A stretch of 64,000 bases of DNA. Source: a bacterium (lineage in GTDB: Bacteria > Patescibacteriota > WWE3 > 2-01-FULL-39-13 > JAACPI01). The stretch lies in contig JAACPI010000002.1 in assembly GCA_009995545.1 (NCBI GenBank), forward strand, positions 78,316 through 142,315, given 5' to 3'. Numbering within the stretch: the stretch's first letter is position 1; each line of letters opens with the position of its first letter. Shown piece by piece: positions 29,215 through 39,595 of the stretch. The notes under the pieces are model-generated. The model searched no databases. It had not been told where the DNA came from and saw only the letters and a list, made by a program, of their open reading frames with translations. The position numbers were made by a program, and so were the translations under genes.

Positions 29215-29229
29215 AAATACGATCTAAAT

Positions 29230-32200
29230 TTATTCTTGACTGACTGGCTCAGAAACTCTGCTAAGTCTTTCTAGGGAGGCTTGATAACCTGTACCTACTG
29301 GAATTTTCCTACCTATTATCACATTTTCCTTTAATCCGCGCAATTCATCTGTTAAACCCCTAGTTGCTGCATCAGTTAAAACTCTTACAGTTTCCTGAAA
29401 AGAAGCTGCTGATAAAAAGCTATCGGTTTTCAACGATGACTTAGAAATACCCAGTAATACTACTCTAGCCTTTGCAGGAGTTCCACCTTCTGCAATAATA
29501 CTTTCGTTAATTCCTTGTAGAGTGTCTTCTCCTAGTACTTCTCCTCTTAACATTTCAGAGTCCCCCGATTCTACAACCTCGGCCTTGCTAAACATTTGTT
29601 TAACCATTATTTCTAAATGTTTATCATCTAATAAAACTCCTTGTGAAGAATATACTTTTTGAATTTCTTCAATAATATAAGCTTCGGTTTGTTTTATACC
29701 CACAGAGTTAAATAGGTCATTTAAATTTAGATAACCCAAAGTTAGGGCGTCACCTACATTTACTAATTGACCTTCCTTTACTACTATTTCAGATAAAGGA
29801 TCTACGTTATAGTCAACAAAAGGTAAATCGGCACTCTTATCAATAGAAACTATCTTAAGAGTCTTTTCACCATTTTCTTTTTCTTCAATCTTAACTTTAC
29901 CAGAAATTTCTGCCATCACTGCAGTAGCTTTAGGAGATCTTGCTTCAAATATTTCTTCTACTCTTGGTAATCCAGAGGTAATATCTTTACCTGCAATTCC
30001 ACCAGAGTGAAAAGTTTTCATCGTAAGCTGTGTTCCTGGCTCACCAATTGCTTGTGCGGCTATTATTCCTGCTGCGGTACCTATTTCAATATCTTTTTTG
30101 GTACTTAAGTCATGACCATAACATTTTGCACAAATACCATGTTTTGTCTGACAAGTTAAAGGAGATCTAACTTCTACTTGTTCTACATTTGAAGATACTA
30201 ATTTTTCAGCAACCTCTTTTGTAATAAGTTCAGCAGCTTTGGCTACTACTTTACCTGCGGGGTCTAGAGCATCCTTAGATAAATATCTACTGGTAACTCT
30301 TTCAGAGAAGTCGGACAAAGATGTTTTATCTGTAGACCTAACCACCCTACCCTCGGTAGAACCACAATCTATTTCGTGTACAACCACATCTTGTGCTACG
30401 TCAACTAATCTACGGGTTAAGTAACCTGCATCAGCTGTTTTTAATCCCTTGTCTGTTAAACCTTTTCGAGCTCCTCTAGCAGCATTAAAACACTCAAACC
30501 CACTTAAACCTAATCGATAGTTACTTCTTATTGGTAAGTCTACTAGTCTTCCGTTAGGATCTTGTACCAAACCTTTCATACCACCAATTTGTTTAATCTG
30601 AGCTTGGCTTGCTTTACCTGCTCCTGCGGTAACCATTATTTTCATTGGGTTATCTTCTTCTAGATTATCCCAAGTCTTAACATCTAGTTCGTCAGTAGCC
30701 TTTATCCACTCTCCTTGAGAAAGGGACCTTAGCTCCTCCTTAGTTATTAAACCTCTAAAATAGTTTTGTTCAATCACAGCAATTTTCTTTTCAGCCTCAT
30801 TAATAATATCTTCTCTTTCAGGAATCATCTCTACGTCAGAAATGGATACAGATAAGCCAGATTTAGTACCATATAAAAACCCTAAGGTTTTAATGGCATC
30901 CAAAAATTTAGCGGTCGCCTCGGTACCGTATTCCATAAGTATTTCAACAGCTAAGTCTTTAAACTTATTCTTTTCTACAATCGTATTAACAAATTTATGA
31001 CCTTCAGGAAATACTTCGTTAGTTAGTATTCTACCTGCAGAAGTTATAACGGTTTCTGTATCATCAATTCTGTAATTTATAGCCTCGGTTAAAGAGATAG
31101 ATTCTCCCTGTAAAGCCATCAAAGCTTCTGCCTTGGTATAAACTTTTTTAGTTCTAGGGGTCTCGTTATCCATTTTAGTTAGATAAAAAGTACCTAAATA
31201 CATATCTCTAGTTGCAATAGCTACAAAATCGCCTGCTGCAGGCTTTAAAAAGTTTTGGGTAGCCATTACATAAGTTTTTATTTCGTTAACAGCATCTTCA
31301 GAAATAGGTAAATGGATAGCCATTTGGTCACCATCGAAGTCAGCGTTAAAACCTACTACCACCAAAGGATGTAACCTAATAGCATTACCTTCGATAAGTT
31401 TTGGATAAAAACCCTGAATACCTAACTTATGTAAAGTAGGTGCTCGGTTAAGCAACACAGGCCTTTCTTTAACTACGTCTTCTAAAACATCCCATACTAC
31501 CTCTTCTCCGTCATCTACTAAAATTCTAGCGGTTTTTATATTTGGCGCATGTCCTCTCATTAAAAGTTCTCTTAAGATAAAAGGTTTAAATAGCTCTACA
31601 GCCATCTTTTTAGGAACACCGCACTCATTAATCTTTAATTCTGGACCCACAACAATAACAGCTCTTCCGGAATAATCAACACGTTTTCCAAGTAAGTTCT
31701 GTCTAAACCTTCCTTGCTTACCCTTTATCATATCTGATAAAGATTTTAATTGCTTGGTACCTCGATTAATTCTATTAGTTCTTCTACTCTTGTTTGCATC
31801 AATTAAAGCATCCACAGACTCCTGAAGCATTCTCTTTTCGTTTCTAACAATAATATCGGGAGCCCCAATATTTAATAGTTTTTTAAGTCGGTTGTTTCTG
31901 TTTATAACTCTTCTGTACAAATCGTTTAAGTCGCTAGTTGCAAATCTACCACCATCTAACTGCACCATAGGTCTTAAGTCGGGTGGTGTTACTGCAATAA
32001 CTTCGGTGATCATCCATGAAGGATTTAACGAAGCTTTTCTAAAGCCCTCTACAATCTTTAGTCTTTTTGAAATCTTTATAATATTTTGGCCTTTAGCTAC
32101 TAAAAGATCTTTTTTTAATTGACCCGCTAGTTCTGTTAAGTCCATGGAGTCTAAAATCTCTTTAATAGCCTCCGCGCCGATTTTTACCTTAGAAAAGGCT

Positions 32201-32970
32201 TGGATATAATCATCCATAGAATAATATTCAGCATCAGTCATGATAGAAAGTCTATCCATTGACTCGATTTTCTTTTTGTTTCTATTAAGCTGTTTTTCTG
32301 CTTTTTCTTGCTCTTTAGGTAATTTTCTTAAAAGTCTTTTATTTTTAGCATCGTTTTTAGCAGTAAGCTCTTTAATCTTTAAATCTTTCTTTTTAGCATC
32401 TTTAATATCTAATTTTTCTATCTCTTCTGCCAATTCTTTATTAAACATTTCTATCTCTTCTTCCAATTGTTTTTTAACATCTTCTCTTACAGAAACAATC
32501 TCTTCTTCAATACCAGACAAAACCTCTGCTTTTTTGTCGTAATCTACTTCGGTTAGAATAAAAGATGAAAAATATATTACAGCTTCTAAATTTTTAGGGG
32601 AAACATCTAACAAGGTAGCTAATTTAGAAGGAATACCCTTAAAGTACCAAATGTGAACCACTGGAGCAGATAAATCTATATGTCCCATACGTTCTCTTCT
32701 TACTCTAGCTGCGATAACTTCAACACCACATTTATCACAAATAACTCCCTTGTATCTAATACCTTTGTACTTACCACAAGAACATGCGTAATCTTGAACC
32801 GGACCAAAAATCTTTTCGTCGAAAAGTCCGTCTCTTTCGGGTTTAAAAGTTCGATAATTTATTGTCTCAGGTTTTGTAACCTCGCCAAAAGACCAACTTC
32901 TTATTTCCTCTGGACTAGCAAGAGTGATTTTTAAAGCATCTAGATTTGCTAATTTGTTTAGATCTAACAT
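29230..32970 (-). CDS. rpoC: RNA polymerase beta' subunit
   Basis: Zn-finger CSCGKY..CDKC, NADFDGD, GEPGTQLTM. Confidence 0.98.
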   Translation of the reverse strand: MLDLNKLANLDALKITLASPEEIRSWSFGEVTKPETINYRTFKPERDGLFDEKIFGPVQDYACSCGKYKGIRYKGVICDKCGVEVIAARVRRERMGHIDLSAPVVHIWYFKGIPSKLATLLDVSPKNLEAVIYFSSFILTEVDYDKKAEVLSGIEEEIVSVREDVKKQLEEEIEMFNKELAEEIEKLDIKDAKKKDLKIKELTAKNDAKNKRLLRKLPKEQEKAEKQLNRNKKKIESMDRLSIMTDAEYYSMDDYIQAFSKVKIGAEAIKEILDSMDLTELAGQLKKDLLVAKGQNIIKISKRLKIVEGFRKASLNPSWMITEVIAVTPPDLRPMVQLDGGRFATSDLNDLYRRVINRNNRLKKLLNIGAPDIIVRNEKRMLQESVDALIDANKSRRTNRINRGTKQLKSLSDMIKGKQGRFRQNLLGKRVDYSGRAVIVVGPELKINECGVPKKMAVELFKPFILRELLMRGHAPNIKTARILVDDGEEVVWDVLEDVVKERPVLLNRAPTLHKLGIQGFYPKLIEGNAIRLHPLVVVGFNADFDGDQMAIHLPISEDAVNEIKTYVMATQNFLKPAAGDFVAIATRDMYLGTFYLTKMDNETPRTKKVYTKAEALMALQGESISLTEAINYRIDDTETVITSAGRILTNEVFPEGHKFVNTIVEKNKFKDLAVEILMEYGTEATAKFLDAIKTLGFLYGTKSGLSVSISDVEMIPEREDIINEAEKKIAVIEQNYFRGLITKEELRSLSQGEWIKATDELDVKTWDNLEEDNPMKIMVTAGAGKASQAQIKQIGGMKGLVQDPNGRLVDLPIRSNYRLGLSGFECFNAARGARKGLTDKGLKTADAGYLTRRLVDVAQDVVVHEIDCGSTEGRVVRSTDKTSLSDFSERVTSRYLSKDALDPAGKVVAKAAELITKEVAEKLVSSNVEQVEVRSPLTCQTKHGICAKCYGHDLSTKKDIEIGTAAGIIAAQAIGEPGTQLTMKTFHSGGIAGKDITSGLPRVEEIFEARSPKATAVMAEISGKVKIEEKENGEKTLKIVSIDKSADLPFVDYNVDPLSEIVVKEGQLVNVGDALTLGYLNLNDLFNSVGIKQTEAYIIEEIQKVYSSQGVLLDDKHLEIMVKQMFSKAEVVESGDSEMLRGEVLGEDTLQGINESIIAEGGTPAKARVVLLGISKSSLKTDSFLSAASFQETVRVLTDAATRGLTDELRGLKENVIIGRKIPVGTGYQASLERLSRVSEPVSQE

Positions 32971-32971
32971 A

Positions 32972-35900
32972 TTACTTCTCCTCCTTGGAAACTTGTTTAG
33001 ACTTTTCTTTTTTTACCGACTTCTCTTTTGCAGGTTCTACATCTAAAGCGACTTCTGGTTCTACAGTCTCTGCTGCAGCTTCTTCAGATTCTACAGAGGT
33101 CTCTTCAACCACTGGAGCCACTTTTTTAATTGCAGTAAAGGACAAACCCAACCCGTTCAATTCTCTTATTAATAATTTAAAAGACTCAGGTAAATTAGGA
33201 GCTGAAATCTTTTCTCCTTTTAGAATTGATCTCATTGCCTTGTTTCTACCTTCCATATCGTCTGATTTTATAGTCAGCATCTCTTGTAAGGCACTAGAAA
33301 CTCCATAAGCTTCCATTGCCCAAACTTCCATTTCTCCAAATCTCTGGCCACCAAATTGTGCTTTTCCTCCCAAAGGTTGTTGAGTAATTAAAGAGTAAGG
33401 ACCTGTGCTTCTAGCATGTACTTTACCCTCACTCATATGGTGAAGTTTTAATACATACTGATTTCCAACTAAAACTGGCATAAAATAAGGCTCACCAGTT
33501 CTACCATCAATTAAAGTTTCTTTACCAGATACAGGTAACCCAGCACTTTTTAAAGCATTTTCAAGATCTTCTTCTGTAAATTTAGTAAAGGAGGGTATAT
33601 CAAATCTTTTTCCAGTTCTTTCTGCTACCCACCCAAGTGAAGTTTCTATCAATTGTCCGACATTCATACGACCTATAACTGAAGTGGCTGAGATAACTAT
33701 ATCTACAGGTTGACCATCTTTAGTATGAGGCATATCTTCAATAGGAACTACTTTAGAAATTACACCTTTGTTACCAAATCTGTTAGATAATTTATCACCA
33801 ATTCCAATTTTTCGAAGGCTAGCTATGTAAACAGTTACTTCTCTAATTACTCCCGTGGACATTTCTTCTTTTTCTTCTCTAGTAAATTCTTTTACACCAA
33901 TTACAACACCACTTTCTCCATGAGGTACTCTTAAAGATACATCTTTAACTTCTTTTGCTTTTTCTCCAAAAATAGCTCTTAGTAACCTTTCTTCAGCAGA
34001 AAGTTCAATTTCACCTCTTGGCTGAATTATACCTACTAAAAGGTCTCCAGAAGAAACTCTGGATCCTACTGTTACAACACCGTTTTCATCTAAGTTTCTT
34101 AAATGATAGTCTGGAACCCCTGGAATATCTCTAGTAACCTCTTCTGGACCTAGTTTAGTTTCCTGAACCTGCACAGAGTGGTCGTGCACTGTTATAGAAG
34201 TAAGAAGGTCATCTTTTACTACCCTTTCTGAGATTACAATGGCATCTTCATAGTTGTATCCATCCCAAATCATATAGGCAACACGAAGGTTAGCCCCAAT
34301 TGCTAATTTTCCATCACTACTATCAACGTTTTCGGCTAATAGGTCACCTTTACTAACTTTTTGACCAAGATTTACAACAGGTCTAAAGTTAATTGCGGTA
34401 TCCGAGTTGCTCTGTTGATAAGTATCTAACTGATATTCAGCATTTTTATTATTAGAATCTTTGACTATTATTTGATCAGCATCTACAGAAACCACAGTTC
34501 CGGCAACGTCACTTCTTAAAGTGGCGAAAGCATTGTCTGCAGCAGCTGACTCTAAACCAGTACCTACAAAAGGTGCCTCGGGTCTAACCAAAGGAACAGC
34601 CTGAGTAGTTTGCTGACAAGCAACAGAAGACCTCATAGGGTCGTTGTTTGCAACAAAAGGTATTAAACCAGAAACCAAGCCTAAAATTTGATTTGGAACT
34701 ACGTCCATATATTCTGCGTCTAAAACAGAACCCAGTCTAAATTCTTCACCTTTTCGTAAAGGAACTCTTTCGTCTGTAATAAAACCTTTTTCATCAATAT
34801 TCACAGAAGCGTCTGTGATAGACAAGTTTCTTTCATCGTAGGCGGCCATATAACCAACTTCGTCAGTTAGTTTGATTCTATCTCCAACTTTTTCCAATTT
34901 TCTGTAAGGGGTTTCTAAAAATCCAAATTCATTCACTTTAGAATACATACCAAGGTACACATTTAAACCAACATTAGGACCTTCTGGAGTATGTATGGGA
35001 TCAATTCTTCCATACTGGGAATAATGTACGTCTCGTACTGCAAAACTAGCCCTTTCTCTAGTTAAACCACCTGGACCTAAAACAGTAAGTCTTCTCATTA
35101 AATTTAAAGTACTTAAAGCATTGTATTGATCTGGGTATTGGGTTAACTGTCCACTAGCAAAGAAAGATTGAATTTTTGCGGCTACAGGTCTTGTAGAAAT
35201 TAGTCTTGAGATTTCGGGCAAAAGTTCCCTAGGCTCTAAAGACATTCTTTCTCTTATATTCCTTTCCATTTGTATAAAACCAACTCTTACCTGCTGTTGT
35301 AGTAATTCTCCAACACTTTTAACTCTTCTGTTGGACAAATCATCTACTATGTCGTATTCACCGATATTATTTGCCAATCGTAGCATTTTTTTAACTATCA
35401 ATAAGATGTCATCTTTAGTTAAAACTCTGCTGGAGTTTTTACTGTCTTCTAAGCCAACTGACTGGTTCAACTTAAATCTTCCTACTTTTCCTAGGTTGTA
35501 TCTTTTGGTATTAAAAAAAGTACTTTCGATTAAAGCTTTAGCATTTTCAAGTATTTCTGGCTCACCAGGTCGTAATCTTGAATATATGTCTATAATTGCT
35601 TCGTTATAACTGTTGGTTTGGTCTCTTTCTAGGGTATTCTCTATATAGGATACATCTCCTGTATCAGAATCTTCAAAAGCTTTTCTAATTTGGTCATCTG
35701 TCTCTAAACCAAAAACTCTGAGTAAGATAGTTAAAGGAAATTTTCTTCTTTTATCAATTTTTACATTTAAAACATTAGTTTTAGAAATATCCATTTCTAA
35801 CCAAGCTCCGTATTTGGGTAAAACTTTAACTACAGGATTAATTCTCCCTTTAGCTTTATCAATGTCTTCTAAATAAAGAATTCCGTAAGATCTAGTGAGC

Positions 35901-36277
35901 TGGTTTATAACAACTTTTTCTACACCGTTAATAATAAAAGTGCCTTTTGGAGACATAAGAGGAACTTCTCCCATATACTGTTCCGAAGTTTTCTTTTGTT
36001 TAGTCCCTTCTTTTTCTAAAGTTACTTGCAAATACCAACCTGCATTATAAGTTACTCCTTTATTTAAGGCTTCTTTGTAAGAGAGTGCAGGTCTATCTAC
36101 CCGGGGATTTGAAAAGCTTAATATCCACTGCCTACCTGTAAAGTCAGCTATAGGGTTAACTTCGTCAAGTATTTCTGCAATACCTTCTGTAAAGAACCAC
36201 TTATAGGAGTCTTTTTGAATTTTAGTTAAATCGGGTAGAGGGAAAGAAAATTTGGGTGATTGCTTTGATTTAGGCAT
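32972..36277 (-). CDS. rpoB: RNA polymerase beta subunit (divergent)
   Basis: LGPGGLTRERA, TPEGPN, GYNYEDAI, GNKG, GGQRFGEME. Confidence 0.97.
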   Translation of the reverse strand: MPKSKQSPKFSFPLPDLTKIQKDSYKWFFTEGIAEILDEVNPIADFTGRQWILSFSNPRVDRPALSYKEALNKGVTYNAGWYLQVTLEKEGTKQKKTSEQYMGEVPLMSPKGTFIINGVEKVVINQLTRSYGILYLEDIDKAKGRINPVVKVLPKYGAWLEMDISKTNVLNVKIDKRRKFPLTILLRVFGLETDDQIRKAFEDSDTGDVSYIENTLERDQTNSYNEAIIDIYSRLRPGEPEILENAKALIESTFFNTKRYNLGKVGRFKLNQSVGLEDSKNSSRVLTKDDILLIVKKMLRLANNIGEYDIVDDLSNRRVKSVGELLQQQVRVGFIQMERNIRERMSLEPRELLPEISRLISTRPVAAKIQSFFASGQLTQYPDQYNALSTLNLMRRLTVLGPGGLTRERASFAVRDVHYSQYGRIDPIHTPEGPNVGLNVYLGMYSKVNEFGFLETPYRKLEKVGDRIKLTDEVGYMAAYDERNLSITDASVNIDEKGFITDERVPLRKGEEFRLGSVLDAEYMDVVPNQILGLVSGLIPFVANNDPMRSSVACQQTTQAVPLVRPEAPFVGTGLESAAADNAFATLRSDVAGTVVSVDADQIIVKDSNNKNAEYQLDTYQQSNSDTAINFRPVVNLGQKVSKGDLLAENVDSSDGKLAIGANLRVAYMIWDGYNYEDAIVISERVVKDDLLTSITVHDHSVQVQETKLGPEEVTRDIPGVPDYHLRNLDENGVVTVGSRVSSGDLLVGIIQPRGEIELSAEERLLRAIFGEKAKEVKDVSLRVPHGESGVVIGVKEFTREEKEEMSTGVIREVTVYIASLRKIGIGDKLSNRFGNKGVISKVVPIEDMPHTKDGQPVDIVISATSVIGRMNVGQLIETSLGWVAERTGKRFDIPSFTKFTEEDLENALKSAGLPVSGKETLIDGRTGEPYFMPVLVGNQYVLKLHHMSEGKVHARSTGPYSLITQQPLGGKAQFGGQRFGEMEVWAMEAYGVSSALQEMLTIKSDDMEGRNKAMRSILKGEKISAPNLPESFKLLIRELNGLGLSFTAIKKVAPVVEETSVESEEAAAETVEPEVALDVEPAKEKSVKKEKSKQVSKEEK

Positions 36278-36369
36278 ATACAGTACCAGTCTATAATTTT
36301 TAAAATTTAGTTAATAGGTTACCTAGCTTTGACCTTATTTGAGGCGAAAAGACCGCTTTGACGAAGGAA

Positions 36370-36398
36370 AAGTTACCAAAAAATACACGCATTGTCAA
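36370..36398 (-). promoter_or_regulatory. sigma70-type promoter of rpoBC-rpsLG
   Basis: TTGACA (36398-36393), 17 nt, TAACTT (36375-36370) with TGn extension. Confidence 0.6.
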
Positions 36399-36471
36399 AC
36401 AATTGGTATAGGGAATATATAAAATACGCTAAATTATTATGTGATGTTTATGTAAGTACAACCTCTGTATT

Positions 36472-37470
36472 CTACAAGAACCTTTGTATATTTTCAATAT
36501 GTTGATCTAAAGTCACTGCGTAATAGGCCTTGCCCAATTTATCGTGTAAATAGTAGTAATATGGGCTATTTTTAGCCTTTACAACAGCGTCTATTGACTT
36601 AATAGAGGGGTTAGATATTGGAGTAGGGGGAAGGCCTACCTTACCCCTTGTATTGTAAACACTCTCGCTTTTTAGCTGGTCTGTAGTAAGGGTTTTTGGC
36701 CAAAAATTAATCTCGCAGAGTTCTTGAATACACTGCTCAAAGTCTGCTTGAGAAATTATGCTAGAAGCATACTGAGAAGTGGCATCAGCATCTAAAGGCA
36801 TCCCCTCTTGGTATCTTTTTATTAATATTCCAGCTATTAAGGGCAAGTCGTCTCCTCCATTTGTTTCTCTTTCTAAAATGGAAGCTAAAACTATAACTTC
36901 ATTTTCGGTTAAATTAGGGTTCAAATTTAGTAGGTCTAATGTTTTATCTTTAAAAGTTTTGAGTTGTAAATCAACCAAAGATGTTGCTAAGGTATTTGCA
37001 TCTATAAAATAGGTGTCTGGAAACAATTGACCCTCAAAGTCTTTTGCTGCTAAATAATAGTTCCAAGCAAATTCTTTATTAACAGTTTTAGCCAGGTAAA
37101 GGGCTGACTCCTCTACTCGCCACCCTTCAATAAAGGTAACCCTAGAAAGAATAGAACCGTCTTGAAACCCAGATAAAATCTTTAGGTAGGGTGTATTTTG
37201 TTTAAAAACGTAGTTTCCTGCCTCAACCGAAGTATTTTTATTTAAAATATAATAAAGTCTTATATAAAGTTCCTGGATTTTAGAAACAGACTGTTCTTTT
37301 GTAAAAAGTTGGTATATTTGAGACTTGGGGGTACCTGTAGGGATGCTAAGCTCTAGCTTGGATTCAATCTGAGAGTTTAAAAATCTTTGATAATTCAGCC
37401 AAAAAGATATACCTAAAATAAAAACGGTTATTAAAGGAAGAATGATTAAAAGTAACTTTTTTTTAGGCAT
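36472..37470 (-). CDS. mltG: endolytic transglycosylase MltG (start at ATG 37470, MPKKK)
   Basis: TFIEGW, EGQLFPDTY, LASILERE, YNTR...GLPPTPISNP, YYYLHD. Confidence 0.93.
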   Translation of the reverse strand: MPKKKLLLIILPLITVFILGISFWLNYQRFLNSQIESKLELSIPTGTPKSQIYQLFTKEQSVSKIQELYIRLYYILNKNTSVEAGNYVFKQNTPYLKILSGFQDGSILSRVTFIEGWRVEESALYLAKTVNKEFAWNYYLAAKDFEGQLFPDTYFIDANTLATSLVDLQLKTFKDKTLDLLNLNPNLTENEVIVLASILERETNGGDDLPLIAGILIKRYQEGMPLDADATSQYASSIISQADFEQCIQELCEINFWPKTLTTDQLKSESVYNTRGKVGLPPTPISNPSIKSIDAVVKAKNSPYYYYLHDKLGKAYYAVTLDQHIENIQRFL

Positions 37471-37508
37471 GCAGGTATTGTATACCGCAACCAAGTCAAC
37501 TTACAAAT

Positions 37509-38204
37509 TTAACGATGGGAAACAACATAGTAAGTATTCGACTTGTTATTTTTACCATCTGCCTCAAAAGAGGAATCTGGCTTAAAACCTGCCTCGCTCA
37601 ATATAAAAGACACCTCTTTATTACTATAAAGGTGGCAATAACGTGAGGCACTCCCATTATCCCAACCCAAAAAATAATCCCCATCCTCAAGATCCCCCTC
37701 TTCAAATACCCCCTCTAATTGTCTTTTAGCCTTATTAAAAGTACTCAAGGTATTAAAGTTCCAGGTTGTAAATATAAATTTACCATTATTGCTAAGTAAT
37801 TTTCCAACTTGATTAAACCACTTAACTCTAAGCTTTAGGCTTGGTAAATGATGAGTAAAACCAAAGCAGGTAATTAAATCGTATTTATTTTCTACTTTTT
37901 CTAAGTCTGAAACGGCATCAATATTAAACAGCTTAAAACTGTTTAAAAAATTTTGTTTATAGTAATTTACAAAATCTTTGGAGTTCTCTAAGGCCGAGTA
38001 ACTTCCACCAAAATTTAGCGAACTTAAATATTCAAAAAGTCGATAATTTCCCGCGGCGATATCTAATACTTTAGAATAATCGTTAAACTTGATATTTTTC
38101 CAACCTTCTCTAAAATGCTTATTTTTTAGATCAAATTCTTGGCTATTTATGCTGTAGAAATTGGCAGTAAGTTCGACAAGTTTTTTTACTGTTTGTTTGT
38201 TCAT
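37509..38204 (-). CDS. class I SAM-dependent methyltransferase
   Basis: VLDIAAGN, YDLI, HHLP, TTWNF, RYCH. Confidence 0.85.
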   Translation of the reverse strand: MNKQTVKKLVELTANFYSINSQEFDLKNKHFREGWKNIKFNDYSKVLDIAAGNYRLFEYLSSLNFGGSYSALENSKDFVNYYKQNFLNSFKLFNIDAVSDLEKVENKYDLITCFGFTHHLPSLKLRVKWFNQVGKLLSNNGKFIFTTWNFNTLSTFNKAKRQLEGVFEEGDLEDGDYFLGWDNGSASRYCHLYSNKEVSFILSEAGFKPDSSFEADGKNNKSNTYYVVSHR

Positions 38205-38224
38205 AACTCAAAGATACCAAGATA

Positions 38225-38307
38225 CTGGATCCTCCGCTACGCTCAGGATGATTAAAAAGAAGGGTTTGTCATTCTGAAAGATTGTAACGAAGGAGAAGTC
38301 TATCCAG
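38225..38307. repeat. palindromic REP-like element
   Basis: CTGGAT...TCAGGATGA / TCATTCTGA...ATCCAG inverted arms; CGCTACGCTCAGGATGA core. Confidence 0.55.
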
Positions 38308-38319
38308 AAATTAAAATAC

Positions 38320-38934
38320 TTACTGGTTTCGTCTTAACACATACAGATCGGTATAATTGCCTTTAGCATATTTGAACTTATTTCGTAACCTCTCTAATAC
38401 CTTAAAGTATTCAGAATATAACTCTCCCACCTCGTTTGGGGACAGGGATCGAGCTATATTAGAGGGTGTTTCAGAGTCCTTAGCGTATACATTCATAATC
38501 AAATAGCCCCCAGGTTTACTTAGTTTATAAATCTCTTTTATATAACTACGCATCTGAGTACTATTTAAGAAATGAGAGGTAAATAGATCTAATGTTACAT
38601 CAAATCTTTTATTTCTAAGCAGGTAAACTTTATTCAAATCCCTAATATCGGCGCAGATAAAACTAACTTTGCTGGTTTTTTTCACAGCCTCCCTAATTGC
38701 TACGCTAGAAATATCAACTGCAAAAACTTTAAATCCTAATTTTTCAAGAAAAAAAGACTTATCCCCATAACCACAACCTAAATCAAGTGCTAATCCATCT
38801 TTAATGTTATATTTAAAAAATAAACTTTTTAGAATATTTTGCCTTGCACCCGACCAAGGGGCCTCCCCCTTAAATCTCCTATACTGCCTATTCCAAACAA
38901 ATCTATATCTCCCAAACAGTTTATCTAAATCCAT
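38320..38934 (-). CDS. class I SAM-dependent methyltransferase
   Basis: ALDLGCGYG, AVDIS, KPGG. Confidence 0.9.
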   Translation of the reverse strand: MDLDKLFGRYRFVWNRQYRRFKGEAPWSGARQNILKSLFFKYNIKDGLALDLGCGYGDKSFFLEKLGFKVFAVDISSVAIREAVKKTSKVSFICADIRDLNKVYLLRNKRFDVTLDLFTSHFLNSTQMRSYIKEIYKLSKPGGYLIMNVYAKDSETPSNIARSLSPNEVGELYSEYFKVLERLRNKFKYAKGNYTDLYVLRRNQ

Positions 38935-39007
38935 ACTTTGATTTTAGCATTTTTCAAAAACTGGACGTCTTGCGCTGGGGGTTGTTTTTCGTTGTATAAT
39001 CATCCCT

Positions 39008-39577
39008 ATGAAAAGATTTATGGGTCTTAATGAGTTACGCATAGGTCCTAATGCGGGAAGGGTAATGGAAAGTTTTTACCACTCTTTAGGGCACAGCGGA
39101 CATATGTATTCATTTCCTGTAACCCTTCCAGATGGAAGCCCTAGAACGTATGCGGAAATGGGCTTTACGTCACCTACACATAAGGATCGTTTTCTGCACG
39201 CAGTAGATATACCAGTTGATGACCCTAGAATAAAACCCCAACCTATCTTTGCGCCTCAATCAGGTAAAATAATATCTTTAAAACAAGAGGGAGTATTGTG
39301 GGGGAATGGCCCTGAATTCAATCCTTATTTAAACCACCTTACAGTTCAAGTTTCGGATGCAGAATTTTACGAGTTTTGCCATATAGGAGAGAATAGCTGC
39401 CCTTTTGGTTTGGGTGACTGGGTTTCTGAGGGACAACCTTTAGCAATGACTGGGTTAAATGGCTATATTACCGCTAATGAAGAGGGTGAGCCCGACTCTC
39501 ACGTACATATTCTTGTAGCAAAATTTGTTCAAGCACCGCAGGGTTTCGATTCAGTAAAAATACGTTGGGAAGAATAG
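39008..39577 (+). CDS. M23 family metallopeptidase
   Basis: HAVD, IFAPQSG, CHI, GLNG, HVH. Confidence 0.75.
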   Translation: MKRFMGLNELRIGPNAGRVMESFYHSLGHSGHMYSFPVTLPDGSPRTYAEMGFTSPTHKDRFLHAVDIPVDDPRIKPQPIFAPQSGKIISLKQEGVLWGNGPEFNPYLNHLTVQVSDAEFYEFCHIGENSCPFGLGDWVSEGQPLAMTGLNGYITANEEGEPDSHVHILVAKFVQAPQGFDSVKIRWEE

Positions 39578-39595
39578 TCAGCTATAATACAACAA

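Noticed and set aside
32240-32550. Charged low-complexity insert in RpoC as an intein or novel domain
   Set aside because: No intein splice motifs; position and coiled-coil character fit the known lineage-specific beta' insertion
36278-36369. rpoB leader with GTCAAAGC twice and a TAGGTAACCTA palindrome as a riboswitch
   Set aside because: Stems are short and match no family I recognise; insufficient evidence
37509-38934. Tandem methyltransferases as a restriction-modification or defence locus
   Set aside because: No DPPY/NPPY or PC DNA-methylase motifs and no nuclease
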